A DNA stretch of 64,000 nt from an uncultured Nitrososphaerota archaeon. Its GTDB lineage: Archaea; Thermoproteota; Nitrososphaeria; Nitrososphaerales; Gagatemarchaeaceae. The notes under the pieces were generated by a model, which was given only the letters and a program-made list of their open reading frames with translations, was not told the DNA's origin and did no database searches. The first letter of the stretch is position 1. Every line of letters starts with the position of its first letter. Shown here one piece after another: positions 60,024 through 64,000 of this stretch. The translations under genes were made by a program, and so were the position numbers. The stretch spans positions 1,216,001-1,280,000 of the forward strand of contig OY969807.1 of NCBI GenBank assembly GCA_963703285.1, in the 5' to 3' direction.

Positions 60024-60040
60024 GTATAACGGCCTTATAC
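60024..60040. promoter_or_regulatory. Inverted repeat GTATAA-N5-TTATAC overlapping the promoter of the HTH-lipA unit
   Basis: Perfect 6-bp arms just downstream of/overlapping CTTAAGTA, 15 nt before the ATG. Confidence 0.5.
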
Positions 60041-60054
60041 GTGCAGTCGAGAAT

Positions 60055-60486
60055 ATGATCAACCCCTATGAGATGATATCCAAGAGCGCACTCCCGGCGT
60101 TCAGGGCTATGGTCTCGAAGAGGCTCACAGACAACTACGACCTGACGCAGCAGGAGGTGGCAGGCAGGCTGGGAGTGACGCAGGCCTCGATCAGCAACTA
60201 CGCCAGAAAGGCCAGGGGGGTCATGATCAACCTCGAGGTCGACCCGAACCTCGCGAGGGCCGCGGACCAGGTGGCCGAGGTCCTTTCGTCGGAGGACCCC
60301 AACCAGAGGGAGGTCCTCCGGATGATGACCGAGGTCTGCGACTACATCAGGTTCAACCACGTGATGTGCAGGCTGCACGAGGACCTGGAACCGGGCTTCA
60401 TTGTCGAGGGATGCTACGCCTGTGTGGGCGGTCTCCCGATAGACAGCAGCCAGATAAAGCTCAAAACCCGCGCCCTGGGACAGTAG
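60055..60486 (+). CDS. HTH transcriptional regulator (COG2522-like, with CxxH/CxxC)
   Basis: LPAFRA, LTQQEVAGRLGVTQASISNY...RG, C..H...C..C. Confidence 0.82.
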   Translation: MINPYEMISKSALPAFRAMVSKRLTDNYDLTQQEVAGRLGVTQASISNYARKARGVMINLEVDPNLARAADQVAEVLSSEDPNQREVLRMMTEVCDYIRFNHVMCRLHEDLEPGFIVEGCYACVGGLPIDSSQIKLKTRALGQ

Positions 60487-60490
60487 GAGA

Positions 60491-61381
60491 TTGGACAGAA
60501 AGCCAGAGTGGCTGACGGTCCAGCCCTCTGAGGGCCGAAACTACCTCAGGCTGAAGGAGCTCTTCGGAGGGCTGGGCCTCCACACCGTCTGCGAAGAGGC
60601 GCACTGCCCCAACGTCGGGGAGTGCTGGGGAGGCGGGACAGCCACGCTCATGCTCATGGGAGACACCTGCTCTCGGGCGTGCAGGTTCTGCATGGTCACA
60701 CCCGGGAGGCCGAGGGTCCCCCCGGATCCTCTCGAGCCCGAGAACGTGGCCCTGGCTCTCTCCAAGATGGACCTCGACTACGTGGTGCTGACGTCGGTCG
60801 ACAGGGACGACGTCCCCGACGGCGGAGCCTCGCACTTCGCGGCGACCATCCGGAGGATCAGGGAGAGCTGCCCCGGGATGATGGTCGAGGTCCTCATACC
60901 CGACTTCGGGAACGACGTCGACTCCATAAGGACGGTTGTGGGCGCCCGGCCGGACGTGATAGCCCACAACATCGAGACGACGCTCTTCCTCAGCGACCGC
61001 GTGAGGGACCCCCGCGCCGGATACTGGCAGTCCCTCTCGGTCCTCAGGACCGTCAAGAAGCTGGACCGGAGGATGTTCACGAAGTCATCCATCATGGTGG
61101 GCCTGGGGGAGGGAGAGGAGGAGGTCGAGCTGGCGATGGCGCACCTTAGGGCGGCGGGCGTCGACTTCCTCACCCTCGGCCAGTACCTCAGGCCGTCGAA
61201 GAGACACCTGCCCGTGAAGGAGTACGTCAGGCCGGAGACCTTCGAGGCCTACCGGAGGATGGGGGAGGAGGCGGGCTTCCGGTACGTCGCCTCGGGTCCT
61301 CTCGTTAGGAGCAGCTACAGGGCCGGCGAGTTCTTCCTTCGCTCGATAGTTCGAGAACAAGAGACAATAAGCGAAGTCTGA
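60491..61381 (+). CDS. lipA: Lipoyl synthase
   Basis: CEEAHCPNVGEC, CSRACRFC, VRSSY. Confidence 0.97.
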   Translation: MDRKPEWLTVQPSEGRNYLRLKELFGGLGLHTVCEEAHCPNVGECWGGGTATLMLMGDTCSRACRFCMVTPGRPRVPPDPLEPENVALALSKMDLDYVVLTSVDRDDVPDGGASHFAATIRRIRESCPGMMVEVLIPDFGNDVDSIRTVVGARPDVIAHNIETTLFLSDRVRDPRAGYWQSLSVLRTVKKLDRRMFTKSSIMVGLGEGEEEVELAMAHLRAAGVDFLTLGQYLRPSKRHLPVKEYVRPETFEAYRRMGEEAGFRYVASGPLVRSSYRAGEFFLRSIVREQETISEV

Positions 61382-61441
61382 AGGTAAGATTGAGAACCCT
61401 TATCAGATAGAAAAGGTCGCGGTTTCTAGGTTCACATTCGC

Positions 61442-62509
61442 ATGGAGATGCTGCAAATCGTCCGGGCGGACGGCGAGTACGACTCCAAGCAGGAGCCAAG
61501 TCTCCGCGACGAGGACCTCCGGAGGATGTACCGGGTGATGCTGACGGTCAGGAGGTTCAACGAGAGGATGCTCATACTTCAGAGGCAGGGCAGGATCGGA
61601 TTCTTCATCGAGTCGACTGGCCAGGAGGCGTGCCAGATAGGGTCCGCCTATCCCCTTACGCAGGGCGACTGGGTCTACGGGAGCTACAGGGATCCGGGGA
61701 TGTGCCTCGTGAAGGGGGTGCCCCTCAAGGCACTCGTGGACCAGCTGATGGCGAACGCCGACGACCCCAACAAGGGCAGGCAGATGGGGGTGCACTGGGG
61801 ATACAAAGACTGGAACATAGTGAGCCTCTCGAGCCCAGTCGCGACACGCCTGCCACAGGCGGTAGGGACGGCCTACGCGGCCAAGATCAAGAAGGACAGC
61901 GCGGTCTGCCTCACGTCCTTCGGCGACGGTGCCACCTCCCAGGGAGAGTTCCACTCTGCGATGAACTTCGCAGGAGTCTTCAAGGTCCCCGTCATATTCT
62001 TCTGCCAGAACAACCAGTACGCGATATCCATGCCGTTCCGGCGCCAGAGCGCGTCCGAGAACGTGGCGGTCAAGGCCGAGGCTTACGGGTTCGAGGGCGT
62101 CCTCGTCGATGGCAACGACGTCCTCGCCGTCTACAAGGCGACGAAGGCGGCGGTGGACAAGGCCAGGTCGGGAGGAGGGGCGACACTCATCGAGGCCGTC
62201 ACCTACAGGATGGGGGGGCACTCCTCGTCGGACGACCCGAACAAGTACAGGGGGTCAGAGGAGCTGGAGCTCTGGAAGTCGAGGGACCCCATCAAGCGGT
62301 TCCGCGTCTACCTGATGAAGAAGGGCCTCCTGACGGAGCAGGACGACAGGAGGCTGAGGGACGAGGTCGATACCGAGATGGTGGCGACGATAAGGGAGAG
62401 CGAGAAGGTGCCTGCGCCCACGCACCTCTCGATGTTCACGGACGTCTACGCGGAGATGCCCTGGCACATCAAGGAGGAGGCAGACGAGTTCATGCGGGAG
62501 GTGGGCTAG
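61442..62509 (+). CDS. 2-oxoacid dehydrogenase E1 alpha (branched-chain type likely)
   Basis: RQGRIGF, GRQMGVH, GDGATSQGEFH...NN, HSSSDDP. Confidence 0.92.
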   Translation: MEMLQIVRADGEYDSKQEPSLRDEDLRRMYRVMLTVRRFNERMLILQRQGRIGFFIESTGQEACQIGSAYPLTQGDWVYGSYRDPGMCLVKGVPLKALVDQLMANADDPNKGRQMGVHWGYKDWNIVSLSSPVATRLPQAVGTAYAAKIKKDSAVCLTSFGDGATSQGEFHSAMNFAGVFKVPVIFFCQNNQYAISMPFRRQSASENVAVKAEAYGFEGVLVDGNDVLAVYKATKAAVDKARSGGGATLIEAVTYRMGGHSSSDDPNKYRGSEELELWKSRDPIKRFRVYLMKKGLLTEQDDRRLRDEVDTEMVATIRESEKVPAPTHLSMFTDVYAEMPWHIKEEADEFMREVG

Positions 62510-63483
<974 letters not shown>

Positions 63484-63490
63484 TCTTCAG

Positions 63491-64000
63491 TTGGTGCAAC
63501 ACGAGTTCAAGCTTCCAGACCTAGGCGAGGGCGTCGCCGAGGGAGAGATACTGAAGTGGATGGTAAAGGAGGGCGACGCGGTGAAGGAGGACCAGCCGCT
63601 GGTAGAGGTGATGACGGACAAGGTCAACGTGCAGATCCCTTCTCAGTGGGACGGGACCGTAAGGAGACTGCTAGTGAAGGAGGGCGACGTCGTGGAGGTC
63701 GGCCGCGAGATACTCGTGATAGAGGTCGCCGATTCCGGCCCTGGGGTTGAGGGTCCGCACGCGAAGCCGGAGCCACAGCCCGCGCCCGAGCCTGCGCAGA
63801 CCGCGCCCGTCCAGACGATGCAAGAATCCGGCGCTGCCGACCGCGTCCTGGCGACCCCGGCCACGAGGAGGCTGGCCAGGGAGCTCGGCGTGGACATCTC
63901 CCGCCTGACGGGGACCGGCCCGAACGGGCGCGTGACGGACGACGATGTCAGGGCCGGGCCGACCCCTGCGGCGAAGGTCGTGGAGACGCTCCCGGCGACG
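63491..64000 (+). CDS. Dihydrolipoamide acyltransferase E2 (runs off window)
   Basis: FKLPDLGEGVAEGE, lipoyl VMTDKV, ATPATRRLARELGVD...GTGPNGRV. Confidence 0.93.
   Translation, partial: MVQHEFKLPDLGEGVAEGEILKWMVKEGDAVKEDQPLVEVMTDKVNVQIPSQWDGTVRRLLVKEGDVVEVGREILVIEVADSGPGVEGPHAKPEPQPAPEPAQTAPVQTMQESGAADRVLATPATRRLARELGVDISRLTGTGPNGRVTDDDVRAGPTPAAKVVETLPAT

Overview
Archaeal chromosomal segment. The thaumarchaeal-type TBP, Alba, thermosome, CDC48, archaeal r-proteins and intron-containing tRNAs, the high GC and the heterotrophic gene content fit a non-ammonia-oxidising Nitrososphaerota lineage (inference). Left to right: (1) a xanthine-dehydrogenase-family molybdoenzyme operon; (2) a tandemly duplicated, reciprocally decayed module of a small DUF5678-like gene, two retropepsin-like genes and a membrane-anchored Ig-like gene; (3) UPF0182 and a ~380-nt intergenic region that looks like a structured ncRNA; (4) a two-intron tRNA-Gly followed by a lower-GC island with Alba, thermosome, stand-alone uS10, TBP, CDC48, att/integrase remnants and an IS1595; (5) a three-intron tRNA-Ala; (6) a 4.6-kb IS6-family transposon with exact 8-bp target duplication carrying a fused restriction-modification gene; (7) rpl3-rpl4-rpl23-rpl2-rps19 with an IS481 beside its promoter; (8) an ilvB-ilvN-leuA-leuC-leuD-leuB-ilvE operon next to lipoylation and 2-oxoacid dehydrogenase genes. 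Top candidate for an undescribed system: a leaderless 21-codon uORF (MQRGNATTSAVLVLVALIVLV, 57625-57690, minus strand; 10 of its last 11 codons are Val/Leu/Ile) with alternative hairpins directly upstream of ilvB. This looks like a bacterial-style amino-acid-sensing leader peptide in an archaeon. Several single-base frameshifts may be sequencing errors.
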